Shown here: positions 16,535 through 26,554 of the stretch, piece after piece
Numbering within the stretch: position 1 is the stretch's first letter
How the letters are laid out: the number at the start of each line of letters is the position of its first letter
Source: Candidatus Krumholzibacteriia bacterium
Lineage (GTDB): Bacteria; Krumholzibacteriota; Krumholzibacteriia; WVZY01
Assembly: GCA_036478295.1 (NCBI GenBank)
Contig: JAZGDW010000096.1
Location: forward strand, 1 to 27,820
Reading direction: 5' to 3'
DNA: 27,820 bases
Program-made: the position numbers and the translations under genes
Notes under the pieces: model-generated
Seen by the model: the letters and a program-made list of their open reading frames with translations, nothing else
Database searches by the model: none
Told to the model about the DNA's origin: nothing

Positions 16535-16544
16535 ACGCCCTTCC

Positions 16545-17408
16545 CTATATTTTCTGGATGGAATTCGCGGAGACCCACCCCGAAAGCCCCCCGGGCAGCT
16601 GAACCCTTACCCAACCCCTCCGCACCTCGCCCGCCGTCACCGTCGTCCCTTCATGAATCCGGAACTGCAGCGTGGCATCCTCAGTCGGGCTCCCGAACAC
16701 CGGTATCTCTCTGGCGAGGACCACGGCGTCACGGGGATGCATTTCCCGCTGCAGCTTGAGATACGACGACGATGCGGAGGTCGCCGCCAGGATTGACACG
16801 AGAGCGATGGCGACCAGCAGTTCCTGTGTGAGCGTCAACCCCAACAATCTCGCCGGTGAAAGCAAGGAAAGTCTGCGGTACCATATCGAGACCGCTCGTG
16901 TCCGCCGGAGAATGAAGACGATGGCAAGCGTGCACAGCAGAAGGTAGGACAGCGACGCAAACCAGAACATCTCGCCCGTCCGCAGGTTGTCATGCAACCA
17001 GCTGATCCCCTTAATGACCGGGTTCTTCTCGGCGACGAACTGCTTGTCCTTTAGCTGGGTCCGTACCAGTGACAAGTTTTCCCTCACGTCCCGGTCACGC
17101 GGCGCCAATCGCAGAGACCGCTCGTAGAAAAGGACCGCTTTGCCCAGATCGTTCACTTTGTAGTAGGAGTTGCCCAGGTTGTAATAGAGCGTGGCATGCA
17201 CGACGCCACTGTTCACGACCCCGAGGTACGCATCGATTGCACCGGCGTAGTCGCCGGACTCGTACAGCGAGTTCGCGCGGGCAAAGAGCCCGCTCGGCGA
17301 GGCGGGGTCGGTTTGGTCCTGCGCGCTCGCCCCTGTCGCTTGCGCGATGACGGCATGGGCGAACATGACGAGCACTGCAATGGCCACCTTGCACGTCGCG
17401 CCCTTCAT
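16545..17408 (-). CDS. batE: BatE-like TPR + SH3 protein
   Basis: ANSLYESGDY..AI, LYYNLGNSYYK, FYERSLRLAPRD; two TM helices; C-terminal SH3 (IHEG..WVRVQLPGGLSGWV); last gene of the Bat operon. Confidence 0.85.
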   Translation of the reverse strand: MKGATCKVAIAVLVMFAHAVIAQATGASAQDQTDPASPSGLFARANSLYESGDYAGAIDAYLGVVNSGVVHATLYYNLGNSYYKVNDLGKAVLFYERSLRLAPRDRDVRENLSLVRTQLKDKQFVAEKNPVIKGISWLHDNLRTGEMFWFASLSYLLLCTLAIVFILRRTRAVSIWYRRLSLLSPARLLGLTLTQELLVAIALVSILAATSASSSYLKLQREMHPRDAVVLAREIPVFGSPTEDATLQFRIHEGTTVTAGEVRRGWVRVQLPGGLSGWVSANSIQKI

Positions 17409-19249
17409 GACAGGTACCTCTCTTCGAGCCGCCTCACTACGTCCAGCGCTTCGCGTATCGTCTCCGCGGTCCCGCTTGCGCCGACCGCTGACGGCGAGTA
17501 CTGCACGCCGTCACAGGTTCTCAGCACCGCTGCGAGCTGCTCTTGCTCCTCTGCACCCGCTCCACAATCCACCAGGTACCCTTCGATATCCTGCAGCGTC
17601 AGGCCCGAGGCCGCCTGGTTCATCTTGTCGGCGATGTACTCGCGAAGCGCCGTCGAGACTATCGCACACGCCTCCTCGTGGCGATCTTTCTTTTCCATCT
17701 CCGAGGCTTTCTTCAGTTTTTTCGACGCTTCGCGCGCGGCGCGGCTCGATCGAGCGAACGACACGTCGTCCCTCCACCGCCTGCGCCGTCTTTCCACGGC
17801 CAGCGAGACGAATACGGCCAGTAATGGGAAAAGGTGCAGGGCGACGAAGAGCCCGCTGCGGTAAAAGCGGCTGGTGCCCGTCGCAAGCACGGCGGGAACG
17901 GGATGAATGAAGTTGATGTCCTTACCCAGCACCTGGATATCCTCACCGGAACCGGCAAAGATGATCCGCCTGCCCCCTTGCTCGGCCTCCGCCGGCTTGA
18001 TTTCCATCGAGATCGGCGCGGACTGGATACTCTTATACGCCCTCTCGATCGGATCGAAGTAGGACAACCGCACCGGTGGGATGACCGTGTTCCCGGCATC
18101 GCGCGGTACGAGCACGAACTTGGACTGTTTTCTGCCTGCCACGACATAGTTGCGCTTAAAAAGATCGGAATTGGAACCGGATTCGTACATCTTGAACCCA
18201 TCCATCTGCGGCACGGTGGGTGCCGCCATGGTCTTGAAGTTTCCCTGGCCAGAGATCTCCAACGTCAGGTTTATCGGCTCTCCCGCCTGCACGACCTGCT
18301 TGTCCACGCGAACCTGGATCGTGAGACCGCGGCCCACGAGCCCTGAGAAGTCGGCCGGTTTTCCCCGCGCTGGCAGGCGCAACACGACAATCGGGATCTT
18401 GTCCGTGGAAAGCGATCTCGGATCGCCGAACCCGAACGACGAAAACGGTCGCCTAAAGAAATCGTCGAATGACCGCGAGGTTACATCGTCGATCACGATG
18501 TCCACACGCGCGGAGCCGATGGTGTAGGTGCCGGGCACCGTCGGAAAAAATCCGCGCTTGATTTCATTGACCAGGTACTTCCTGTTGTTGATCGTCTTGT
18601 AATAGTTCTTTTGCGGCGGCAGGTCTTCCGCCCAAAAACCTTCCGCCGGGGGGGCTGAGTAATATGGGCTCTTCGACAGTTCGACCTTGCCGTCGGTGTA
18701 GAACCCGAGCGTCCAGGTGACCTGCTGGTTCACGTAGACCGTGTCACGATCCACTTTCGCCCGGATGAAGATGTGCGCGTCCTCGCCGCTGTATTCCGGC
18801 TCGTCATCTCCGGAACCGGGCAGGGGCAGCTGGGTGGACGATTTTACGACTTCGACCGTCACCGGTTCGGCCGTATATACCTTGCCACCGACCGTGAAGC
18901 GGATGGGCTCGATCTTGTAAAGGCCCTCTTTCCTGGGCACCAGAACATAGGTGAATTTCAGCGATGAACTTCTTCGCCCGTTGACGATGCTGAAACTCTG
19001 CGAGGTGCCCGACTGGTAGACGGCAAACTCATCCAGCACGGGAATCTCCGGCTGCGACGATCGGCGGAACTTGCCTTGTACCGTCACGACCAGCGTGGCT
19101 TCGCTGCCGACGGGGACGACGGAAGGCTCGATGACCGCATTGATGCTGACGTCTTCCGCCAGCGCGGGACCGCCGCCCAACATCCCCAGGACCATCACGG
19201 CCAGTATCCCCAGGACCATCACGGCCAGGGCGCGTCTCATCCCGCTCAC
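17405..19249 (-). CDS. batD: BatD-family protein
   Basis: SGTSQSFSIVNG, YVLVP..EG.Y.I, VYVNQQV, LEISGQGN, SYFDP....Y, C-terminal TM and helical domain. Start is GTG 19249 (overlapping the upstream TGA) or ATG 19240. Confidence 0.88.
   Translation of the reverse strand: MSGMRRALAVMVLGILAVMVLGMLGGGPALAEDVSINAVIEPSVVPVGSEATLVVTVQGKFRRSSQPEIPVLDEFAVYQSGTSQSFSIVNGRRSSSLKFTYVLVPRKEGLYKIEPIRFTVGGKVYTAEPVTVEVVKSSTQLPLPGSGDDEPEYSGEDAHIFIRAKVDRDTVYVNQQVTWTLGFYTDGKVELSKSPYYSAPPAEGFWAEDLPPQKNYYKTINNRKYLVNEIKRGFFPTVPGTYTIGSARVDIVIDDVTSRSFDDFFRRPFSSFGFGDPRSLSTDKIPIVVLRLPARGKPADFSGLVGRGLTIQVRVDKQVVQAGEPINLTLEISGQGNFKTMAAPTVPQMDGFKMYESGSNSDLFKRNYVVAGRKQSKFVLVPRDAGNTVIPPVRLSYFDPIERAYKSIQSAPISMEIKPAEAEQGGRRIIFAGSGEDIQVLGKDINFIHPVPAVLATGTSRFYRSGLFVALHLFPLLAVFVSLAVERRRRRWRDDVSFARSSRAAREASKKLKKASEMEKKDRHEEACAIVSTALREYIADKMNQAASGLTLQDIEGYLVDCGAGAEEQEQLAAVLRTCDGVQYSPSAVGASGTAETIREALDVVRRLEERYLS
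19182..19228. repeat. 24-bp tandem duplication in the batD signal peptide
   Basis: atccccaggaccatcacggccag at 19182-19204 and 19206-19228, encoding LAVMVLGI-LAVMVLGM. Confidence 0.9.
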
Positions 19250-21081
19250 CAATCCTTTCCCGAGCGGCTGATGCGTTTGAACGCCGCCTTGCGCTTGGCC
19301 TTCTGCAGCTCTTTTTCGCGCTCTTCGAGAAGCTTCAGTATGCGAAGCGCGTCCTCGCGGCTCAGTTTGATACTTTGCACCTGCTGCTGAGGCTCTGCAC
19401 CCGTGGAATCGCCCTGCGAGGGTTGTTGCATCTGCGATGAGTCGGGTCGTTCTTCACTGTTGTTCGAGCGCTGCTGCTGGTTTTCGCCTGGATTCTGTTG
19501 CTCACCCTGTGCCTGGTCCCCTTCGGACTGCTGCTGCTCGCCTTTGTCTTGTTTCTGGTCCTGGTCCTTGTTCTGTTGTTTCTGCTGTTGTTTCTGCTGC
19601 TGCTTTTGCTGTTGCTCTTGCTGCTCCATCTGTTTCAACGCGAGCTCGAGGTTATGGCGGGCGTCCTCGTCGTCCGGCAGGAACTGCAACGCCCGCACAT
19701 AAGATTCGATGGCGTCCTGGAGCTTGCCCATGCGTACGAGTGTGTTGCCTCGGTTGTAGAACACGCGGCCGACACTCAGGCTGTCTGTGGCGAAGCTGCG
19801 ATTGTACTGGCTGAGGGCATCCTCGTATTTTCCCATCATGTGCAGCGAGTTCGCCTGGTTGTAGAGGACGCCTTCGGCGAGGCGCGGGAGATTTATGGTA
19901 TCGCCGATCGCCTGGCGGTACAGGAGCAGCGCTTTCTGGAACTCACTGGCGTCATAGTATTCGTTGCCCGACTTCACGCGGCCGCGGTCGATGCCCCCGG
20001 CGAGGGCCGCCTGCGGGAGCAACAACACCAGGGCAATCAGCGAAAGAACTCCCGTGTGTAGGGGGCGCCGCCGGCGTTGCTTCAGGGATCCCCTCCGGGT
20101 CACGGCGGCCTCCAACCCCAGCAGCATGAACGATGCGGCGAGAAACCATCCGAAGCGGTCGCTCTTGCGCTCGACAAACTCTCCTTCGATCGTTGTCTTG
20201 TCCATCCCCGACATCTCCCGGTAGAGCACCTTCAGCTCGAGCCCCTGCCGGGTGGCGGGCAGGAATTTGCCGCCCGTGGCGTCCGCCACCAGGCGGAGCG
20301 TCTTTTCGTCGAGCCGCGTCAGCACCGTCTCACCCGACTTGTCCTTTTTGTACCCCGAGACCGAACCGTCCGTTCCCCGCAGGGGGATCAACTCACCGGC
20401 GGGATTGCCGATACCGATCGTGTAGATGCGGATGCCCTTGTCGTCCGCCCGGCGGGCCGACGCGACGGGGTCGCCGGCATGCCCCTCCCCATCCGTAACC
20501 AGTATGACCACCCGGTCGCTCTTTGTCTTTTGTTGAAAAAGAGCCACGCTCGTGTCGATCGCTTTGTCCAGTGCAGTGCCCGGTCGCGAGATAATGTCCA
20601 CGTCTGCCGTCTGCACGAACATCAGCGCTGCGTCGTAGTCGACGGTGAGCGGGCAGAGCACGAACGCGTCGCCGGCGAATGCGACCAGGCCCACGCGGTC
20701 GCCCTTTAGTCCACGGATCAAGTCGACGATTTCCTGCTTGGCCCGCTCCAGGCGATTGGGTTTCATGTCCTCCGCCAGCATGCTGAGCGATGTATCGAGC
20801 GCGATTACCAGGTCGATTCCCTCCCGCTCCACCTTGACCAGCTGCTTGCCGAACTGAGGACGGGCGAGCGCGAGTACCAGGAGCACAAAGCCCGCTATTT
20901 TGAGCGCGCTCTTCAAGAGGATCTTTCGCCAGCTTCTCCCCGGAGCGAGTGAATCGTGCAGGTGGGGGCCGGCGAAGTCGAGCAGATCACGCCTCCGCCG
21001 CCGCGCGCCGTAAACGAACAGCCACGCGAGCAACGGAGCCGCGTAGAGGGCGCCCAACCATTTGGGGTCTGCGAATTCCAT
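19246..21081 (-). CDS. batB: BatB-BatC fusion (vWA + TPR + Gln-rich tail)
   Basis: ATG 21081 with GAGG; LARPQ, MIDAS DTSLSM, PNRLERAK, CPLT.D, LVTDGE; then TPRs (YNRGN, DARHNLEL), a Q-rich region and the terminal KDW typical of BatC. Confidence 0.88.
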   Translation of the reverse strand: MEFADPKWLGALYAAPLLAWLFVYGARRRRRDLLDFAGPHLHDSLAPGRSWRKILLKSALKIAGFVLLVLALARPQFGKQLVKVEREGIDLVIALDTSLSMLAEDMKPNRLERAKQEIVDLIRGLKGDRVGLVAFAGDAFVLCPLTVDYDAALMFVQTADVDIISRPGTALDKAIDTSVALFQQKTKSDRVVILVTDGEGHAGDPVASARRADDKGIRIYTIGIGNPAGELIPLRGTDGSVSGYKKDKSGETVLTRLDEKTLRLVADATGGKFLPATRQGLELKVLYREMSGMDKTTIEGEFVERKSDRFGWFLAASFMLLGLEAAVTRRGSLKQRRRRPLHTGVLSLIALVLLLPQAALAGGIDRGRVKSGNEYYDASEFQKALLLYRQAIGDTINLPRLAEGVLYNQANSLHMMGKYEDALSQYNRSFATDSLSVGRVFYNRGNTLVRMGKLQDAIESYVRALQFLPDDEDARHNLELALKQMEQQEQQQKQQQKQQQKQQNKDQDQKQDKGEQQQSEGDQAQGEQQNPGENQQQRSNNSEERPDSSQMQQPSQGDSTGAEPQQQVQSIKLSREDALRILKLLEEREKELQKAKRKAAFKRISRSGKDW

Positions 21082-21127
21082 CGTCGTTCCTCGTGGCGCC
21101 TGCGCGATGGCACCGACCCACCCGTGG

Positions 21128-22108
21128 TCAGGGCATCTCGCGCAGAGCGCTCTCACTTAGCCCCAGCTGGACCAGCAGCAGGACCAGCGCGGGCAGGATA
21201 AAATATGAAAAGCGATCCGTATACCTCGTAAAGGTCTTTGTTTCGATCTTTGTTTTCTCGAGTTCGTCGATCTTGTCGTATATCTCGGCCAGTTCTTCCG
21301 TCGCGGTGGCACGAAAGTATTCACCGTTGGTGAGCTGGGCGATTTCCCTTAGCGTATCCTCGTCGAGCGTCATTTCCATTTGCACCGTCCGCCGCCCAAA
21401 AACCGGATCGTCGACGGGCACCGGCACCGCCCCCTTGGTCCCCACGCCGACAGTGTATACCTTGATCCCCAAGGACTGCGCCACTTCGGCAGCGGTCACG
21501 GGAGCGACGATTCCCATGTTGTTGCGCCCGTCGGTGAGGAGTATAACGACGCGGCTCTTGGCCCTGCTGTCCTTCAGCCGGTTGCACGCCGTCGCCAGCG
21601 CCGTACCGATGGCCGTCCCGTCTTCAAGCATGCCGAACTCGACCTGGTCCACCAGATCCTGGAGGATATCGTAGTCGAGGGTCAGCGGGCACTGGGTGAT
21701 CGCCTGCGCGGAGAAAACAACGAGGCCGATACGGTCATTTTCTCGCTTGTCGATGAACTGCTTCACCACTTTCTTGGCCACGTGCAGCCGGTTCTTGGGT
21801 TTGAAATCCTGAGCCTGCATGCTGCTGCTCGTGTCGAGCAGTAAGACGATGTCAATTCCCTCCGTTTCAATCGTGCTCTCGGAGCGCCCGGTCTGCGGCC
21901 GCGCGATGGCCAACACGATCAGCACCAGAACCAAGCTGCGGAGCACCGGCTTTACGTACCGCTTCCACAGCGGGGCGGCCAGACCCGCCGCACCGATCAG
22001 GTCGAGCGACGAATACGCGACACTGCGGCGGCGGCTCCGCAGGACCAGGTAGAAAACCGGTATCAGCAGTAGCAAGAGCAGGGCCTGGGGATGGGCAAAA
22101 CGAAACAT
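21128..22108 (-). CDS. batA: BatA-like vWA protein
   Basis: MFRFAHP, LAIARPQ, DTSSSM, NRL..AK, CPLTLD, GTAIG, LLTDG.NN.G, GEYFRA. Confidence 0.92.
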   Translation of the reverse strand: MFRFAHPQALLLLLLIPVFYLVLRSRRRSVAYSSLDLIGAAGLAAPLWKRYVKPVLRSLVLVLIVLAIARPQTGRSESTIETEGIDIVLLLDTSSSMQAQDFKPKNRLHVAKKVVKQFIDKRENDRIGLVVFSAQAITQCPLTLDYDILQDLVDQVEFGMLEDGTAIGTALATACNRLKDSRAKSRVVILLTDGRNNMGIVAPVTAAEVAQSLGIKVYTVGVGTKGAVPVPVDDPVFGRRTVQMEMTLDEDTLREIAQLTNGEYFRATATEELAEIYDKIDELEKTKIETKTFTRYTDRFSYFILPALVLLLVQLGLSESALREMP

Positions 22109-22160
22109 TGCATCTCCTCACGATCGGTCTCGGCACTCCGCCCGGCCCGCTGTTTGCGGC

Positions 22161-22284
22161 CAGCATTCTAGCGGACCACCGGCTCGACCCCTTGCGGCGT
22201 CGGCGTTTCAGCGGACCGCCGGCTCGACCTCTTGCGGCGCCAGCATTCTAGCGGACCGCCGGCTCGACCTCTTGCGGCGCCAGC
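22161..22284. repeat. 40-bp tandem repeat, about 3.1 copies, spanning the stop codon of the upstream gene
   Basis: Units 22161-22200, 22201-22240 and 22241-22280 plus cagc; consensus cagcattctagcggaccgccggctcgacctcttgcggcgc; no spacers. Confidence 0.92.
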
Positions 22285-23354
22285 GCGGTTTGTACAACGA
22301 TTTCGCGCGCACGATCCATTGCCAGTCTGCCGGCCACCACGTCCGGCTGAAGCTTGGCAAACTTGACCAGGTCCGCCTCCTCCATAAGCGCGTCCAACTC
22401 TCCGATGCGCACCCGGATGATGTCCAGATCGGTTAGTATCTCGTGCGTCGTGCGGTCCATGGCCTGCACGCCGAATCGCCTCTCCAGATAATGCCGGACG
22501 GCGTCGACGACCAGCGTGTAATACCGCTTGAACTCCCCGGCCTCGAGGAGCTTCATCCTCTCGATACTCGCGAGCGCTTCCATGGCCACGATGTCCGCGG
22601 GCATCACAGGCTCGGGCGCCTCCTCCGCTGCGGGCTTCTTGCGGCGTCTCCATAGAAAAACCGCCAGTGCGGCCAGCGCCAGCGCCGCCGCGGCGACATA
22701 AAAGTAGAAGAAACTGCGGGGCGCGCGCCACTGCGGCTTGAGCGGTCTGCTCTCGTCCTGCGCGCCGGTCAACTCGCGCACTGGCACCGTCACTTCCTCG
22801 CCGTACGCGACCAGCGTATCCCCGCGCGGCGTCAAAAAGAGAAAAGGAACCTCGGGGACGCGCGCCTCTTCGAGGTCGACGGCCATCACCGTCAAACGGG
22901 CCTCCTTGACCCGTTTCCCCTCGGCTTTGTCGTTACGCCAGCTGAGCGACACCAGGCGGCAACTACCGGTATCGAAAGTTTCCGGCGGCAGCAGCACCAG
23001 CGAATCGGGGTAGAATGCGCGGTAACGGATGTTGAGGCGCTCGCCAACGGTGACCGAGTCCGCGGCCACGCGCGTGTCGACGCGGACGCCGCTGTTCTGT
23101 CCGGCCGCCACCGGGCCGACGGAGGGTGCCGGTGCCGCCGAGCGAGCCACGTTCACGGGTGCCCCGTTCGCGGGCGCGGCGTTCACGAGCGTGGCGTTCA
23201 CGAGCGTGGCGTTCACGGGAGCCGCGTTCACGGCTGCGGCGGCCGCGATGTGCACCGCGGCCAGCGCGGCGCTTGCGAGCGGCAACATCGCTCGCCGGGA
23301 CCGGCGCAGTAGACCGATAGATACATAACGACAGAACCATCTCAAACCATACAT
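22248..23354 (-). CDS. Bat-operon hypothetical membrane protein (BatD-like N-terminal domain, TM, helical C-terminal domain)
   Basis: Lies between DUF58 and batA; SVTVGE, single TM, K.YY....D.VR.YLE.RF, TT.EI, ADLVKFAK motifs. Start is 23354 or 23288. Confidence 0.8.
   Translation of the reverse strand: MYGLRWFCRYVSIGLLRRSRRAMLPLASAALAAVHIAAAAAVNAAPVNATLVNATLVNAAPANGAPVNVARSAAPAPSVGPVAAGQNSGVRVDTRVAADSVTVGERLNIRYRAFYPDSLVLLPPETFDTGSCRLVSLSWRNDKAEGKRVKEARLTVMAVDLEEARVPEVPFLFLTPRGDTLVAYGEEVTVPVRELTGAQDESRPLKPQWRAPRSFFYFYVAAAALALAALAVFLWRRRKKPAAEEAPEPVMPADIVAMEALASIERMKLLEAGEFKRYYTLVVDAVRHYLERRFGVQAMDRTTHEILTDLDIIRVRIGELDALMEEADLVKFAKLQPDVVAGRLAMDRAREIVVQTALAPQEVEPAVR
23149..23235. repeat. 15-bp coding tandem repeat x6 (VNAAP/VNATL)
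   Basis: cgttc(a/g)cg recurs at 23150, 23165, 23180, 23195, 23210 and 23225. Confidence 0.88.
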
Positions 23355-23356
23355 CG

Positions 23357-24265
23357 TTATTTCCGTTTCGCCCGCACGCGGAAGAACACGCTGAGCGGCT
23401 GAATGAAGTCCGCCGCTGTGTCGATCTCAATCGTGTCGACACTACACCGTTTGAAAAGCGTGTTGCGCTCGTCGTCTCTTTCGGCAAGTAGGTGCCGGTA
23501 CCGATCTCTCGCCCCGCGCCGGCTGAGGTCCACCACGCATTCGACCCCCCGCTCCTGATCCCACAGGCGCACCAGCCGGCCGCCGGCCAGCTCGGTCTCG
23601 CGACGATCGCCGATCTTGATCGCCACCAGATCGAACTTGCTCGCGGCCATGGCAAGCTGCTTCGAAAAGTCGTCGGAGATAAAGTCGCTCAACAAAAAAA
23701 CGATCGCGCGCCGGCGCGTCACCCGGAGCAAGTAATCCAGCGCCTTGCCGATATCTGTGCCGCGGTTCTTCGGTTGGTGAAACAAGACGTTGCGGATGAC
23801 GTGCAGCACGTGCCTTCGCCCTTTGTCCGGCGGAATGTATTCCTCCACGTCATCGGAGAACATGATGGCCCCGACCTTGTCGTTGTTCTGGATGGCGCTG
23901 AATGCCAGCAGCGCGCAGATCTCCGCGGCCGTATCGATCTTGGTCCTCTCCCCTGTGCCGAAGCGACCGGAGGCGCTCACGTCGAGCAGAAAGAGAACTA
24001 CCAGCTCGCGCTCTTCCACGAATCGCTTGATGTACGGCACACCCATGCGAGCTGTTACGTTCCAGTCGATCGAGCGCACGTCGTCACCAGGCTGGTACTC
24101 GCGCACCTCGTCGAACTCCATTCCCTGGCCCTTGAACACGCTGTGGTATTCGCCGGAGAAGAGATCGTTCACCATGCGCCTGGTGAAAATCTCAATACGC
24201 CGGATCTTCCTGAATATCTCGGAGAGATCGCGCTCGTCTGTTGCTTGTAGTGGATCGTCCGCCAT
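23357..24265 (-). CDS. DUF58-family vWA-like protein
   Basis: GEYHSVFKGQGMEFDEVREYQPGDDVRSIDWNVTAR, EERE, DVSAS, LSDF. Confidence 0.95.
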   Translation of the reverse strand: MADDPLQATDERDLSEIFRKIRRIEIFTRRMVNDLFSGEYHSVFKGQGMEFDEVREYQPGDDVRSIDWNVTARMGVPYIKRFVEERELVVLFLLDVSASGRFGTGERTKIDTAAEICALLAFSAIQNNDKVGAIMFSDDVEEYIPPDKGRRHVLHVIRNVLFHQPKNRGTDIGKALDYLLRVTRRRAIVFLLSDFISDDFSKQLAMAASKFDLVAIKIGDRRETELAGGRLVRLWDQERGVECVVDLSRRGARDRYRHLLAERDDERNTLFKRCSVDTIEIDTAADFIQPLSVFFRVRAKRK

Positions 24266-24288
24266 TGCTTGGCCTCCGGCAGCGTGAA

Positions 24289-25275
24289 TTACGGCACTTC
24301 GACGGCGTCGAAGATCTTCTGGATGATCGCTTCGGAGTCGAGTTCCTCGGCCTCCGCCTCGTAGGTCACGATCACGCGGTGGCGGAGGACGTCCGCTGCT
24401 ATCGACTTGACGTCTTCGGGCGTCACGTAGCCTCGCCCGCGCAGGAACGCGTGGGCTTTGGACGCCTGCGCGAGAAAGATGGTGGCGCGCGGCGAGGCGC
24501 CGTAGGCGATGAGATGTTTGACGGGAATGTTGAAGCTTTCGGGGTCTCGCGTTGCAAAAACAATATCGAGGATGTAGTTTTTGACCTTTTCATCCATGTA
24601 AATATTGCGAATCAGTTCCTGCGCGCTCTTCAAGCGCTCGGTCTCGATGACGGCGTCTATTTCCGGCAGTCCTTCGACGGTCACCCGTTCCAGAATGGTC
24701 CGTTCCTCGTCGCGCTGCGGGTAGGTGATGCGGAGCTTCATCATGAAGCGGTCCACCTGCGCCTCGGGTAGTGGATAGGTGCCCTCCTGTTCGATCGGGT
24801 TCTGCGTCGCCATCACCAGGAACGGGAAGTCGAGCTTGAAGGTCTCGCCGCCAATGGTCACCTGGCGTTCTTGCATACATTCCAGGAGAGCGCTCTGCAC
24901 CTTGGCCGGCGCGCGGTTGATCTCGTCGGCGAGAATCAGGTTGGAGAAGATAGGCCCTTTCTTGGCGGTAAAAGAGTGATCCCGGGGGTCGTAAACCTGG
25001 GTGCCCACGATGTCCGCTGGCAGGAGATCGGGCGTGAACTGGATGCGCTGAAACCGCGTATGGATCGCCTTCGCAAGGGTGCTCACCGTGAGCGTCTTCG
25101 CGAGCCCGGGTACACCCTCGATCAACACGTGCCCGTCGCTCAGCAGGCCGATCAACAACCGGTCGATCAAGTAGCGCTGGCCCACGATGACTCTCTGGAT
25201 CGCCTTCTGCAGGTCCGAAACGAACCGGCTCTCGCGTTCCACCTGCTCGTTCATCGCCTGAACTTCGTAGTCCAT
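24289..25275 (-). CDS. moxR: MoxR-family AAA+ ATPase
   Basis: ATG 25275 with GGAGG; GVPGLAKT, RIQFTPDLLPAD, LADEINRAPAKVQSALLE, ATQNPIEQEGTYPLPEAQ.DRF, GASPR. Confidence 0.96.
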   Translation of the reverse strand: MDYEVQAMNEQVERESRFVSDLQKAIQRVIVGQRYLIDRLLIGLLSDGHVLIEGVPGLAKTLTVSTLAKAIHTRFQRIQFTPDLLPADIVGTQVYDPRDHSFTAKKGPIFSNLILADEINRAPAKVQSALLECMQERQVTIGGETFKLDFPFLVMATQNPIEQEGTYPLPEAQVDRFMMKLRITYPQRDEERTILERVTVEGLPEIDAVIETERLKSAQELIRNIYMDEKVKNYILDIVFATRDPESFNIPVKHLIAYGASPRATIFLAQASKAHAFLRGRGYVTPEDVKSIAADVLRHRVIVTYEAEAEELDSEAIIQKIFDAVEVP

Positions 25276-25597
25276 CCTCAACCTCCGTCCTGGGAAATCT
25301 GTCTCGTCTCGAGGCGTGTGCCTCAGGGCCGCCGTCGGCTCCGATCGCCGGTCGCTGTGTCGCCGTCAGGCCGGTATAGCGCTATTTAAACAAGCATAAG
25401 GAACGACGGTTCCAATCGGCAACCCGTTCTGGGCCGGGGGTTTCCAGCCGCAATCGTGGTTGCGGTTCCAGGACCGTTGCCCTAGTATTACGAGCCCCGC
25501 CCGAGGGCGCACCTACCGTACCGGCGCCCGGGACTCAGAACCGCAACTTATTGTTGTTAAAAGGGTTTGCAGGTGTTTTTCCGTCGTACAAGCCATC

Positions 25598-26554
25598 ATG
25601 TTAAATGAAATATCGCATAAGTCAAGCGGGGCGGCAACCACTGACGGCCGCAGACAGCACCGTCTTCTACCCGTCTACGGGCTGGTGGGCCTGGCGGTGA
25701 TGATCGCCGGCGAGGTCCTGCTTTTCGGGGGCGTCGCGTGGGTCAAGCAGTGGTTTACCCCCATAATGTGGACCGGCTACATTCTTGTCATCGACGCCGT
25801 GATCCGGCGTCGCAAGGGAACATCGCTTCTTTCAGACCATCCGCGGGAGTTTTTCTTTCTCGCCATCATATCCATCGGCAGCTGGACCATCTTTGAAGGC
25901 TACAACGTCTTGCTCAAGAACTGGACTTACATCGGGCTGCCGGATAACTTGTTCGTGCGCTACGCGGGGTATGCGTGGTCTTTCGCTACCATTACCCCTG
26001 TTATGCTGGTGACCTACGAAGTCCTCGATAGTATCCTGCCCGGCGCTGGTCCCGGTGACTCCCCGCGGGCGCCGGCGGCAACCCCGGTCCGGTCCGCTGA
26101 ATTCTCCAGTGGGTCTTCTCGATCGCCTCGCCTGCCGAACGGTGTTTTCTACAGTTTCGTGGTTTTTGGGCTGGCGTCCTTGATCATCCCGTTCATCTGG
26201 CCCTCAATTTATATGACGCCGATTGTTTGGGTGGGGTTTGCATTCCTGCTCGATCCCATAAACGGGCGCCTCGGTGAACGGTCGTTCCTCTCCGAGTTTT
26301 TCACCGGGCGCTTCCGGTCGATGCTGATCATGTTTCTGGCAGGTCTCATCTGCGGCATCCTGTGGGAATTCTGGAACTACTGGGCGACTACCAAGTGGCA
26401 GTACGATGTGCCCTACATGGGCCACATCAAGATTTTTGAAATGCCCGTTCTCGGTTTTCTGGGTTTTCTCCCCTTTGCCGTCGAATCGTATGCGATCTAC
26501 GTGTTCGTCCGCCGGCTCATTCCCATAAAGAGGACGGTGCGCTACCTTGGATAA
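25598..26554 (+). CDS. Uncharacterised polytopic membrane protein with an internal duplication
   Basis: About 8 TM helices; two related halves (WTIFEGYN..KNWTY and LWEFWNYW..KWQY), then KIFEMPVLGFLGFLPF. Start approximate. Confidence 0.75.
   Translation: MLNEISHKSSGAATTDGRRQHRLLPVYGLVGLAVMIAGEVLLFGGVAWVKQWFTPIMWTGYILVIDAVIRRRKGTSLLSDHPREFFFLAIISIGSWTIFEGYNVLLKNWTYIGLPDNLFVRYAGYAWSFATITPVMLVTYEVLDSILPGAGPGDSPRAPAATPVRSAEFSSGSSRSPRLPNGVFYSFVVFGLASLIIPFIWPSIYMTPIVWVGFAFLLDPINGRLGERSFLSEFFTGRFRSMLIMFLAGLICGILWEFWNYWATTKWQYDVPYMGHIKIFEMPVLGFLGFLPFAVESYAIYVFVRRLIPIKRTVRYLG

Noticed and set aside
22161..22284. Possible CRISPR array
   Set aside because: Units are contiguous with no unique spacers, derive from a gene end, and no cas genes are present.
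22168..22731. 187-aa minus ORF ending in PQGVEPVVR (possible frameshift product)
   Set aside because: Explained by the 40-bp repeat bringing a shifted frame into register; the rest is off-frame, and no slippery site was seen.
16545..25275. Bat/MoxR operon as a novel system
   Set aside because: Well-known conserved operon; the BatB-BatC fusion is also common.
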